Part shown: positions 1-9,133 of the stretch, piece by piece
Layout: every line of letters begins with the position of its first letter
Numbering within the stretch: position 1 is the first letter of the stretch
Notes under the pieces: generated by a model
Database searches by the model: none
Seen by the model: the letters and a program-made list of their open reading frames with translations, nothing else
What the model was told of the DNA's origin: nothing
Translations under genes and position numbers: made by a program
Assembly: GCA_965217185.1 (NCBI GenBank)
Contig: OZ244252.1
Location: forward strand, 576,001 to 640,000
Direction of reading: 5' to 3'
Source of the DNA: an uncultured Candidatus Entotheonella sp.
GTDB lineage: Bacteria > Tectomicrobia > Entotheonellia > Entotheonellales > Entotheonellaceae
DNA length: 64,000 nucleotides

Positions 1-845
1 TCCTTGCGGTAGAACTCGATGACAAGGAAAGTGACAAACGACAGGCAGGCGGTGAGCAGCAGGCATTGCGTCAGCGGCGCGTCCCAGCCGTAGCGTTGGC
101 CTTGGCTCAAAGCAATGAGCAGGCTGACCAGAAACACCGTGAGGGTGACCAGGCCGGGCAGGTCCAAATGGCGCTTGATCGTTTCTCGGGTGTTTGGAAT
201 GACCAGAAGCACCAGCACGATGCCGATAATGCCCGGCAAGGTGTTGAGATAGAAAATCATGCGCCAGTGCATGTATTCGGTGACGTAACCGCCGAGCACC
301 GGGCCGACGACCGGGCCGCACGACATGCCGAGCCCGTACAGGCCCATGGCGAGGCCGCGCTGGTGAGGCGGGAAGGTCTGCGTGAGAAACACCATGGCCA
401 TCGGCATCACGGGGCCGCCGCCGATCCCTTGCAGGATGCGGAAAAAGATCAGGGCGTTGCCGCTCCAGGCGAGGCCGCAAAGGACGGAACTGACGACGAA
501 GATCGACAGACTGATGAATAGCAGGTTGCGGTTGCCCATGACGTTGCCCAGCCAACCGACCGTGGGCACCATGACGGCGCCGGCGATCATGTAGGAATTG
601 ATGATCCACTGGACCTGGTCGAGATTCATGCTGAAGGTGGTCATGATCGGCGGCAGGGCGAGGTTGACCGTGGCGTTGTTCATGATGACGATGAAGGCGT
701 TCAGCATGACCGTGACGGCCATCCACCACTTGTAGGACGAGCTGTCGGGAGAAATGCGCGGTCCGGCGCCGCGTTGCTGCGGGTGCATCTCGGGGTTTGC
801 CTGCAGCGGTGCCGGAGGCGGTTGGCGAATGGTGCCAGCGGCCAT
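1..845 (-). CDS. DHA2 (EmrB/QacA) family MFS efflux transporter, 3' part runs off the window
   Basis: Manual translation from ATG at 845 (AAGGA RBS): ...NNATVNLALPPIM...VQWIINSY...FRILQGIGGG...GPVVGPVLGGYVTEYMHWRMIFYLN; absent from the ORF track because it is truncated. Confidence 0.9.
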   Translation of the reverse strand, partial: MAAGTIRQPPPAPLQANPEMHPQQRGAGPRISPDSSSYKWWMAVTVMLNAFIVIMNNATVNLALPPIMTTFSMNLDQVQWIINSYMIAGAVMVPTVGWLGNVMGNRNLLFISLSIFVVSSVLCGLAWSGNALIFFRILQGIGGGPVMPMAMVFLTQTFPPHQRGLAMGLYGLGMSCGPVVGPVLGGYVTEYMHWRMIFYLNTLPGIIGIVLVLLVIPNTRETIKRHLDLPGLVTLTVFLVSLLIALSQGQRYGWDAPLTQCLLLTACLSFVTFLVIEFYRK

Positions 846-1087
846 GGATATTGATCCTTACGAGAAAACGGCGTGATCAAGGAAGAGAAAGGTAGGAAAG
901 AGACGTGATGCCTCAAGTATAGTCATTGCACTTGAAAAGGACAAACAAGCGTTTGGTAGAATCGCTGAGCCTGGAGGGCGAAAAAACCGTTGACAGCGGC
1001 GGGTTGGCATATAACCATGCCGTGCCGTGTGAGGCTCCTTTGGCCGGGGACTCGCAAATACGAATGTAATTTAACGAAGGACGGGAC

Positions 1088-1921
1088 ATGACACGTATCG
1101 GACTCCTTCACCCTGGAGCAATGGGCGCTTCCGTGGGGGCCGCGGCGAGCGGCAACGGACACACCGTGCTGTGGGCGTCTCAAGGCCGTTCCGCTGCCAC
1201 GCAGGAGCGAGCGCAGCGCGGCGCCTTGCAAGACGTTGCCACGGTGCCGGAGGTGCTGGCGTCGAGCGAGATTCTGCTGTCCATCTGCCCGCCGCACGCC
1301 GCCGAGGACGTTGCCGCCGAGGTCGCTGAATGCGGTTTTGCGGGCTTGTATGTCGACTGCAACGCCGTATCGCCGGAACGCACGCGCGGCATTCAGCGGA
1401 TCGTCGAGAAGGGCGGCGCGGACTATGTCGATGGCGGCATCATCGGCGGACCGGCCTGGACGCGCGAAGCCGAGACCCACCTGTATCTGTCCGGTCCGCG
1501 AGCCGAGGAGGTGTCCGCGTGCTTTGCCGACAGCCCGCTGTCTGCCCCGGTTATCTCCGAGCGTATCGGTGCTGCCTCGGCGCTCAAAATGGGTTACGCT
1601 GCCTTCACCAAGGGCAGCACGGCCTTGCTGACCGCCATCCTTGGCATGGTCGAGAAAGAGGGCGTGCGGACTGATTTGGCGCGCCAATGGGGCGACGCCT
1701 TCACGACCCAGACCGTGCGGCGCGTTTGTGACAACACCGCCAAAGCGTGGCGTTTCGAGGGCGAGATGCACGAGATTGCGGCAACGTTCCACGCGGCCGG
1801 CCTGCCGGACGGATTTCATCAAGCGGCGGCTGAAGTTTTTCGGCGGCTCGCCGGCTTCAAGGACTATGGCTCGCCGCCGGATATCGAAACGGTATTGGAA
1901 GTCTTGCTGAAGCGGGAATAA
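1088..1921 (+). CDS. NAD(P)-dependent oxidoreductase, 6-phosphogluconate/3-hydroxyisobutyrate dehydrogenase-like (DUF1932 C-terminus)
   Basis: N-terminal Rossmann GLLHPGAMG; VDCNAVSP, YVDGGIIGGP, ASALKMGYA, KAWRFEGEM motifs. Confidence 0.85.
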   Translation: MTRIGLLHPGAMGASVGAAASGNGHTVLWASQGRSAATQERAQRGALQDVATVPEVLASSEILLSICPPHAAEDVAAEVAECGFAGLYVDCNAVSPERTRGIQRIVEKGGADYVDGGIIGGPAWTREAETHLYLSGPRAEEVSACFADSPLSAPVISERIGAASALKMGYAAFTKGSTALLTAILGMVEKEGVRTDLARQWGDAFTTQTVRRVCDNTAKAWRFEGEMHEIAATFHAAGLPDGFHQAAAEVFRRLAGFKDYGSPPDIETVLEVLLKRE

Positions 1922-1950
1922 CTGGAACATCGAGGAAAGGAATAAACAGG

Positions 1951-2400
1951 ATGAGCGATCAAGCGACATTGCAGGGCATCGCGGTGCGCGGCGCGAGCCG
2001 TGCTCCCATGCGGGAAGTGCAGGAAGCCAGCGTGACAGTGACGGACGGCATTGTGGAGGATTACCGCGGCACCGGCCTTCGGCAGGTCACCTTCATCGAC
2101 GCCGGGCAGTGGCGACAGGTGGTGGGGGAGTTGGGCGTGGACTTGCCGTGGCACACGCGCCGCGCCAATTTGCTGGTCGACGGCCTCGATCTGCCGGCTA
2201 TGGTCGGCAGCCGTTTGCGCATCGGCGAATGCTTGTTCGAGATCCATGGGGAAACGGAGCCCTGCGAACGCATGGACGAATTGCAGGCCGGCTTGCGCGC
2301 GGGGTTGGCCCCGGAGATGCGCGGCGGAGTGTGGGGCAAGGTGCTGGAGAGTGGCCACTTGCGGGTGGGTCAGTCCGTCGAGATCTCGGAATCGGAATAG
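1951..2400 (+). CDS. MOSC domain protein
   Basis: RQVT, RRANLLVDG, LRIG, EPCERMD, RGG...V..SG.LRVG motifs. Confidence 0.85.
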   Translation: MSDQATLQGIAVRGASRAPMREVQEASVTVTDGIVEDYRGTGLRQVTFIDAGQWRQVVGELGVDLPWHTRRANLLVDGLDLPAMVGSRLRIGECLFEIHGETEPCERMDELQAGLRAGLAPEMRGGVWGKVLESGHLRVGQSVEISESE

Positions 2401-2417
2401 GTGGGGCGAGGTTCTTC

Positions 2418-3194
2418 ATGGCTGAAAGCATCCTGTACGACAAGAACGAGCAGATCGTCACGATTACCTTGAATCGCCCCGAAGCGCTGAACGCGATCAA
2501 TCGGCAACTGAAGCAGGAATTCATCGACGCGGTGCTGCAATTCGACCAGGACGATGGCGCCCGCGTGGCCATCGTTACCGGTTCCGGGCGGGCCTTCTGC
2601 GCCGGGCGGGACCTGAAGGAGCGTACGTCCGACAACGCCGCCGGGGTTCAGGCGCGGGCCAGCGACAGTTTGGGCAATGAGAGCCTGTCGATGTTTCCGC
2701 GTATCTGGAAGCCGGTTATCGCCGCCATCAATGGGTATGCCATGGCCGGGGGTTGGGCTATCGCCCAGATGTGCGATCTGCGTCTGGCTGCCGACGATGC
2801 CAAGCTGGGCATTACGGAATCGCGCTGGAGCCTGCTGCCGCCGTTCGCGGCCCATCTCGCCCGGCTTATTCCGATGGCCAACGTTCTGGAGTTGGTTTTC
2901 ACGGCGGAGCCGATAACCGCCCAGCGCGCTTGTGAAATTGGCTTCGTGAACAAGGTGGTGCCGAAAGACCGGCTGATGGACGAGGCCCTGGATCTGGCGC
3001 GGCGTATGGTCCGCAATGCCCCATTGTCGCTGCGCATGTTCAAGGAGTTGGCCTACCGCGGTCAGGAAATGGGCGAGCGGGAAATCGCGGCGCTGACGCG
3101 CGCCATGTATGACCAGTTGCTGGTGAGCGAGGATGCCAAGGAGGGGCCGCGGGCTTTCGCCGAGAAGCGGGCGCCGCAATGGAAAGGCAAGTAG
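2418..3194 (+). CDS. Enoyl-CoA hydratase/isomerase family protein
   Basis: ITLNRPEALNA, AFCAGRDLKE, KPVIAAINGYAMAGG, SEDAKEG..AFAEKRAP; start moved to ATG 2418. Confidence 0.9.
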   Translation: MAESILYDKNEQIVTITLNRPEALNAINRQLKQEFIDAVLQFDQDDGARVAIVTGSGRAFCAGRDLKERTSDNAAGVQARASDSLGNESLSMFPRIWKPVIAAINGYAMAGGWAIAQMCDLRLAADDAKLGITESRWSLLPPFAAHLARLIPMANVLELVFTAEPITAQRACEIGFVNKVVPKDRLMDEALDLARRMVRNAPLSLRMFKELAYRGQEMGEREIAALTRAMYDQLLVSEDAKEGPRAFAEKRAPQWKGK

Positions 3195-3255
3195 CAGCGG
3201 GGGGAGCCCCTGCGTTTTGAGAGCATATTAAGATTAAATGGACTCTGAGGTAGAT

Positions 3256-4044
3256 ATGTCGTACACAACGCTTTTGTTTGACGTTCGTGACGGGGTGGCG
3301 CGCATTACGTTGAACCGGCCTGACGCCGCCAACGCCGTCGACACCGAGCTGGCCAGGGATCTCATGTACGCGGCCATGCAATGCAGCGAGGACGCCGGAA
3401 TTCGTGCTGTCATCGTCACGGGAAACGGCCCGATGTTTTCCGCCGGTGGCGATTTGAAGGGCTTCGGGGCGCAGGGCGACAACCTGCCGTATCACTTGAA
3501 GGAGGTGACGACCTATTTCCACGCCGCGGTGTCGCGCTTCATGCGCATGGACCCGCCGGTGGTGGCGGCCGTCAATGGCATGGCGGCCGGCGCCGGCATG
3601 AGCTTGGCGTGCGGCGCCGACATCGTATTGGCGGCCGAGTCGGCCCGTTTCACGATGGCCTACACCCGTGCCGGACTGACGCCGGACGGCTCGTCTACGT
3701 ATTACCTGCCGCGCATTGTGGGTTTGAAACGGGCTTTGGAGCTGACCCTGACCAACCGCATGTTGTCGGCGCAGGAGGCGTGTGAATGGGGGTTGGCGAC
3801 CCGGGTTGTACCGGACGCCCAACTGCAGGAAGAAGCCGACGCCTTGGCCGGACAACTGGCCAGTGGCGCCACGAGGGCATTGGGCATGGCGAAGCGATTG
3901 CTGCACGGCGGCTGGACGGGCACCTTGGAAACGCAGATGGAACACGAGACGCAGGCCATTGCGGAATTGTCGCGCAGTGAGGATGCCAAAGAGGGGCTGA
4001 GCGCATTTCTGGAGAAGCGTAAGCCAACGTTCAAGGGGCGCTAA
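3256..4044 (+). CDS. Enoyl-CoA hydratase/isomerase family protein (PaaG-like)
   Basis: ITLNRPDAANA, FSAGGDLK, AAVNGMAAGAG, GLTPDG; GAGG RBS before ATG 3256. Confidence 0.9.
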   Translation: MSYTTLLFDVRDGVARITLNRPDAANAVDTELARDLMYAAMQCSEDAGIRAVIVTGNGPMFSAGGDLKGFGAQGDNLPYHLKEVTTYFHAAVSRFMRMDPPVVAAVNGMAAGAGMSLACGADIVLAAESARFTMAYTRAGLTPDGSSTYYLPRIVGLKRALELTLTNRMLSAQEACEWGLATRVVPDAQLQEEADALAGQLASGATRALGMAKRLLHGGWTGTLETQMEHETQAIAELSRSEDAKEGLSAFLEKRKPTFKGR

Positions 4045-4088
4045 GGGAGGGCATCCTTAAGCGCAGTGGAAGGTCGGATTACACTGCC

Positions 4089-4964
4089 CTACAGCGTGCG
4101 CAGCCAGTCGGCGATAGCTTGGCCGATCTCGTCCGGGGTGTCCTCCTGGATGAAGTGAATCCCCGGTACTGTCACTTCCGTTTGATTTGGCCAAGTGCGG
4201 CAAAACTCGCGCTGCTCGCCGATCAGGATGGCGCCGGGGTCGGCGTTGACAAACAGCTTGGGAACAGGGGACTGGCGCAGCCACACGGCGTAGTTGCCGA
4301 CTATTTCGTTCACATCCTCCGGCTCGCCTTCAATGGGGATTTCCTGTGGCCACGTCAAGGTGGGCCGGCGGCCCTCCCCAGCTTCAAGATAGGGCCGGCG
4401 ATATTCCGCCATTTCTTCATCCGTTAGTTTCCGCTTGATTGATCCCGGCAGCACGCGCTCGATGAACAGATTGTACGTGAGGACCATGGACTCGCCGTTA
4501 ATAGAACGGAACCCCTGGAAGATCTGCAACGCAGCTTCCGGCCATTGCGTCCAGGTTAGCGGCTGCACAATGGCCTCCATATAGGCCAGCCCTTTGACGG
4601 CGTGGCGGTTCCGGTTGGACCAATCGAAACCGAGGGCCGAGCCCCAGTCGTGCATCACGAACGTCACCTTGTCATTGACGCCGACCGCTTCCAGAAAGGC
4701 GTCGAGGTACCGTCGGTGCTCCACGAAGCGGTAGCGATTCGGGCCGCTGTCCTCCAGCTTGTCCGAATCTCCCATGCCGATGAGATCCGGCGCGATACAA
4801 CGGCCGAGTCCCGTAAGGTGCGGAATGATGCCGCGCCACAGGTAGGACGAGGTCGGGTTGCCGTGCAACAGGACAATGGGGTCACCCTCGCCGGCCTCGA
4901 CGTAGGCCATGTTGTGATCCAGCACCTGGGCGCGTTTCTTGGCAATCGATGACATGGCGGTCAT
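4089..4964 (-). CDS. Haloalkane dehalogenase (HLD-II, LinB/DhaA-like)
   Basis: LLHGNPTSSYLWR, PDLIGMGDS, nucleophile HDWG, acid MEA, catalytic His in GIHFIQED. Confidence 0.9.
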   Translation of the reverse strand: MTAMSSIAKKRAQVLDHNMAYVEAGEGDPIVLLHGNPTSSYLWRGIIPHLTGLGRCIAPDLIGMGDSDKLEDSGPNRYRFVEHRRYLDAFLEAVGVNDKVTFVMHDWGSALGFDWSNRNRHAVKGLAYMEAIVQPLTWTQWPEAALQIFQGFRSINGESMVLTYNLFIERVLPGSIKRKLTDEEMAEYRRPYLEAGEGRRPTLTWPQEIPIEGEPEDVNEIVGNYAVWLRQSPVPKLFVNADPGAILIGEQREFCRTWPNQTEVTVPGIHFIQEDTPDEIGQAIADWLRTL

Positions 4965-4975
4965 CCTTCTCTCTC

Positions 4976-5908
4976 CTACAGCTTGCCATTCAGGCTCTTG
5001 AGTAGCCCCCAGGTGCGCGCAATGGACGCATCAGCGTCGTCGCCCACCGGAAAGATTGACGCCAGGAAGTCCGTCGCGCCCGCAGACGCAAACGCCCGCA
5101 ATTGCTGCTCCACCTGAGCCTCGTTTCCAACCACCGCGACGTCAGCCGCCCCTTCCACGCCCTCGATATCCAACAGGCGGCGGTAATTGAGCAACTGCCC
5201 GTAGCGGTTGAAAATACCGTCGGCAACCTCGTGTCCGCCTTCCGGGCTGTCGGTCACGGCAACCGGCAGGCCGACACACACACGCGGCTGCCCGCGTCCT
5301 GCCGATTTGGCCGCAGCGCTGATGCGCGGCACGATGTGCGATTCAATGGTCTTTCTTCCCGCCATCCAGGTAATGGTGCCGTCCGCCAACTCGCCGGTGA
5401 GGCGCAGCATGCGCGGTGCCAGAGCCGCCACCAGAACGGGGAATGCGGCGGTGTCCGGCACCTGCAACTCCACCTTGACGTTGTAGACATTGCCTCCAAA
5501 GTCCACCCGGCCTTCGCTGATCAGAGGCCGCAACACCGACAGATACTCCTCCATGTGCTGGGCGGCGCCGTCATACGACAGGCCCATCATGCCCTCGACC
5601 AGCGGCCGGTGGGACAGGCCGATGCCCAAAGCCAGCCGGCCATTGCTGGCCCGCTGCGTAGTGAGGGCGTGCTGTGCCATGCCCAGCGGATGATACGGAT
5701 AGGTTGGGACAACGGCCGTGCCGAGCTCGATACGGCTTGTGTGTTGGCCGACGACTGCGAGGGCCGTCAGCGCGTCGTAGCCGAACATCAACAAGTGCGG
5801 GACCCAGAAGTGGCTGAAGCCGTCCGTCTCGGCCTGTTTCACCTGCTGCGTCAGTCTTTCGAGGTTGTCCACTTCGCGTCGTGCACCCGCAAATATTCCA
5901 ATACGCAT
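4976..5908 (-). CDS. LLM-class (probably F420-dependent) oxidoreductase
   Basis: IELGTAVVPTYPYHP, GRLALGIGLSH, AALAPRMLRLTGELADG; cofGH present in the window. Confidence 0.85.
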   Translation of the reverse strand: MRIGIFAGARREVDNLERLTQQVKQAETDGFSHFWVPHLLMFGYDALTALAVVGQHTSRIELGTAVVPTYPYHPLGMAQHALTTQRASNGRLALGIGLSHRPLVEGMMGLSYDGAAQHMEEYLSVLRPLISEGRVDFGGNVYNVKVELQVPDTAAFPVLVAALAPRMLRLTGELADGTITWMAGRKTIESHIVPRISAAAKSAGRGQPRVCVGLPVAVTDSPEGGHEVADGIFNRYGQLLNYRRLLDIEGVEGAADVAVVGNEAQVEQQLRAFASAGATDFLASIFPVGDDADASIARTWGLLKSLNGKL

Positions 5909-6021
5909 GTAATTCATCCTTATCGTGTCGTGATGATTGCAATGCCGCGTCGAAAGGGGGGAGTGTTGCCGGGTATGGGTGGTAGCCCCCCGGCCTGGGC
6001 GAGGAGGCTACCGATAATTTT

Positions 6022-6852
6022 TCAATTGGATGGCGGGAAGAAGGGGACGCCGTACTTGGCGACGATCTCCGCGATGCGACCGCTGGCCACAAGCTTTTCA
6101 AGCTCTTGGTTGATTGCTGCCTTCAGATCCTGTTCCGTGCGTCGCACGGCAATCACTAGGCTGTATCGCATCCTGGGGTCGAGTTCGAACCCGTCGACAA
6201 TCGCTAAGCCGCTATCCGGGTTCTGATGAAGCCACCAGCCCACCTTGGAGGCGAGCAGAAGGCTGAATTCGACGTCGCCCTTTTGCAGGGCCGCGAGGCT
6301 TTCCTCGTTGAGGCGGTAGGGGTCGGTTTGAAAGCCGTCGCGGCTCAGAAATATGTCGCCGACGGTAAACATGACCACACCGATCTTTGCGTCTTTGGCA
6401 TCCGCCAGCGTCTTGGGGCTGCGTCCGTCCACCTTGCTGACAAGAACATAACCGGTGCCGAGATAGGGCCGGCTGATTTCGAGTCGTTTTTCTTTATATT
6501 CGTCAATCGTGTCTTCATCGTTGGGCAGGCCCATGAAGAATTCACACTTGCCATCATTGATCGAGCGGCGCAGGGCGCGGCTGAGACCGCCGCGGGTGCC
6601 GGTGTCAGCCCAATGGTAAGCGATCTGCAAGCCCATGCCTGCGGCGATTTCCTTGGCGATTTCGACGTCAAAGCCGGGCATGTTGGGGTCGGGGCTGGAG
6701 AAAGGCAAGTTGTAGGGGTCGGCACAGGCGACAATGGTGCCGCGTTCTTTGGCTCGTTCCAGGGCGGTCGGTGCGGCCGACGCCAGACCCGCACAGGCAA
6801 AAAGGACGATCAAGACCCAAACGATACTGCAGGTGTTTTGCCGTATCCGCAT
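6022..6852 (-). CDS. Quinoprotein-dehydrogenase-associated periplasmic binding protein (MxaJ/XoxJ-like)
   Basis: Signal peptide, VACADPYNLPFS motif, GFDVEIA; directly downstream of the PQQ dehydrogenase. Confidence 0.8.
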   Translation of the reverse strand: MRIRQNTCSIVWVLIVLFACAGLASAAPTALERAKERGTIVACADPYNLPFSSPDPNMPGFDVEIAKEIAAGMGLQIAYHWADTGTRGGLSRALRRSINDGKCEFFMGLPNDEDTIDEYKEKRLEISRPYLGTGYVLVSKVDGRSPKTLADAKDAKIGVVMFTVGDIFLSRDGFQTDPYRLNEESLAALQKGDVEFSLLLASKVGWWLHQNPDSGLAIVDGFELDPRMRYSLVIAVRRTEQDLKAAINQELEKLVASGRIAEIVAKYGVPFFPPSN

Positions 6853-6927
6853 AAATGCTTCCTCAAAAAAACGTGCTGCCATGGTCGGTCGAGACCCATG
6901 GCAGCACAGGACGATCAGGCGCTCAGA

Positions 6928-8706
6928 TTAGTGCAGGCCGAAAGTGATCAGGTGGCCGCCCTTCTGGTGCGTCTTCTTCCAGTTTTCGTCGAACATTTCG
7001 ATGCCCGTCTGGGCCTGTCCGACCACGACCGCCAGCATCTGCTCGCCGTCGACCGTGAAGGTATTCACGCCGCCCATGACGGAGGAACCGCAGTAGAAGC
7101 TCCATACCTGCGCTCCGGTGGTGGCGTTGAAGGCCTTGATGTAGCCGTCCGTGTCGCCGGCAAATACGAGGTTGCCAGCGGTTGCGGTGACACTGCTGCG
7201 GAACGGCATCGGGTTGTTGTGCACCCAAATGAGCTCGCCATTCCGGGCGTTGATGGCGCGCAATTCGCCGCCGCCGCCGTACCACTTCATGACCTTGATA
7301 CCCAGGAAGGTCTCGCCGCGCGTATAGCGCTCGCGCTTCGCCTGCAGGTCCATGCTATGGTCGCCGAAGGCGGGCACGTAAGCGATCTGGGTCTCGGGGT
7401 TGTAGGCCATGGGGTTCCATTCCTTGCCGCCGAACAGGGCAGGGTAGATACCCTCGGTCACCTTGTCATGGACAACGTCCATCTCCGGATAGGCGAAGAT
7501 CGGCCGACCGGTTTCGGGATCGAAGCCCCGGTTCCAGTTGACTTTGCCCAGAGGCACGGCGTAGTTGAAGCTGCCGTTGGTGCGGTCGATGGAGTAGAAA
7601 TGCCCGTTACGGTCCGCGTGGAGCCAAACCTGCTGGCCATCGATGTCGGCCAGGATGGTTTCGTTCACGCCGTCGTAGTCATACGGATCGTTCGGGGTGT
7701 ACTGGAAGTGGAACTTGATAGCCCCGGAGGCGGGGTCCAACGCGACGGTGGAGTTGGTGTACAGGTTGTCGCCCGGATGGGCATGACGATCCCACGGGCC
7801 AGGCTGGCCGACACCCCAGTAGATAGTGTCGAGGCCGGGGTCATAGGCTCCCGTCACCCACGCCGAACCGCCGCCGTACTTGTAGGAGTCGCCCGGCCAC
7901 GTGTCGCCGCCCGGCTCACCGGGGGCAGGAATGGTGTGCGTCTTCCACACTTCTTCGCCCGTCTCGGCGTCGCGCGCCGTGATGAAGCCGCGAATACCGA
8001 ACTCGGCGCCCGAGGTGCCGATGATGATCTTGCCGTCGAGGGCCAAGGGCATTACGGTGAAGCTGTAGGCGGATTTGTAGTCGGCCACGGTGTGGTCCCA
8101 AATGACCTGACCGCTGGCGGAATCGAGGGCGACCAAGTGGCCATCCAAGGTGGCAACGTAGAGATTGGTGCCATAGAGGGCCGGGCCGCGGTTGATCACG
8201 TCACAGCACAGATGCGGGAAGACGTCGCCCGGCAGCGGGTGGTCGTAACGCCACACCGTCCGGCCCGTCCGGCCATCCACGCGGAAGACGTGGTTGTAGG
8301 AGGAACTGACGAACAGGCTGCCGTTGAAAGCCATGGTCTGGCTGCCCTGGCTGTCCAGGACGCCGAACGACAAGACCCACTTCGGCACCAAGTCTCTGAC
8401 CGTTTCGGTGTTGATTTGGTCAAGTTGGCTGTAGCGGGTGTGGGAGTAATCCTTGCCGTACAGGATCCAGTTGTTGGGATCCTTGCCCGCGTTGAGGAGC
8501 ATGGAATCGGTGATGATACCGGGGGAAACGTACCCTTCGAGGATCTCGATGCGCGCCCCTTCTTCCTCGCCTTCGATCTCTTCAGACGAGTAACGCGATG
8601 CGTCCTCTCCCTCCTCGTGGGAAGCCGCCATGGCGGTTCCGCCCCAGACGATAAGCAAGCCCACCGCCATCAGGGCAATCAGGGACCTGAAATATCTGCT
8701 AGACAT
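6928..8706 (-). CDS. PQQ-dependent alcohol dehydrogenase, methanol/ethanol family, lanthanide-type active site
   Basis: Signal peptide, RYSQLDQIN, vicinal CC in LCCDVINRG, GAEFGIRG, YDYDGVNE; GAGGA RBS before ATG 8706. Confidence 0.92.
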   Translation of the reverse strand: MSSRYFRSLIALMAVGLLIVWGGTAMAASHEEGEDASRYSSEEIEGEEEGARIEILEGYVSPGIITDSMLLNAGKDPNNWILYGKDYSHTRYSQLDQINTETVRDLVPKWVLSFGVLDSQGSQTMAFNGSLFVSSSYNHVFRVDGRTGRTVWRYDHPLPGDVFPHLCCDVINRGPALYGTNLYVATLDGHLVALDSASGQVIWDHTVADYKSAYSFTVMPLALDGKIIIGTSGAEFGIRGFITARDAETGEEVWKTHTIPAPGEPGGDTWPGDSYKYGGGSAWVTGAYDPGLDTIYWGVGQPGPWDRHAHPGDNLYTNSTVALDPASGAIKFHFQYTPNDPYDYDGVNETILADIDGQQVWLHADRNGHFYSIDRTNGSFNYAVPLGKVNWNRGFDPETGRPIFAYPEMDVVHDKVTEGIYPALFGGKEWNPMAYNPETQIAYVPAFGDHSMDLQAKRERYTRGETFLGIKVMKWYGGGGELRAINARNGELIWVHNNPMPFRSSVTATAGNLVFAGDTDGYIKAFNATTGAQVWSFYCGSSVMGGVNTFTVDGEQMLAVVVGQAQTGIEMFDENWKKTHQKGGHLITFGLH

Positions 8707-9133
8707 ACTCTCTCCTCTTTCACAGTGGAAACCTGATAGTCCGCTTCGCAACAGTTCCTCCGCAAACCTCGAAACTCGTCTGGGTTGAGTGCACCCCTTT
8801 CGAGCCCTGGACCTCGGAGCCAACGCTGCCGTGGGTCCAGCTTTGCGAGGACCTGTTGACTTGCGGCGCATATTTAGCCGTGTTCATTACGGCGTGTCAA
8901 CAGGAAAAATTGGGCGGCGTGAAGACGTTCTGAGCACCGCGCGGCGGCGGGGAGCGACTTTCAAAGACCGGTGGCGAGAGCCAAACCTTGGTCTTGACAG
9001 TGCCAAGCGAATTTGTACTAATGCGCACTCACGTCGGCCGGGTGTTGCCCGGACGTCTGTCTTCCAGAAGGGGCACGACCTTGTGCAGGGCGTGGCCCCT
9101 TAAACTTGTTGAGATTCTAGGGAAGGAGAGAGG

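Noticed and set aside
6226..8736. 836-aa plus-strand ORF
   Set aside because: Antisense shadow of the PQQ dehydrogenase and XoxJ-like genes; typical of high-GC DNA, no motifs
8707..9133. Possible riboswitch and sigma70 promoters (TTGACA at 8994 on +, 8900 on -)
   Set aside because: Hairpins match no riboswitch consensus I can support, and the -10 boxes are imperfect
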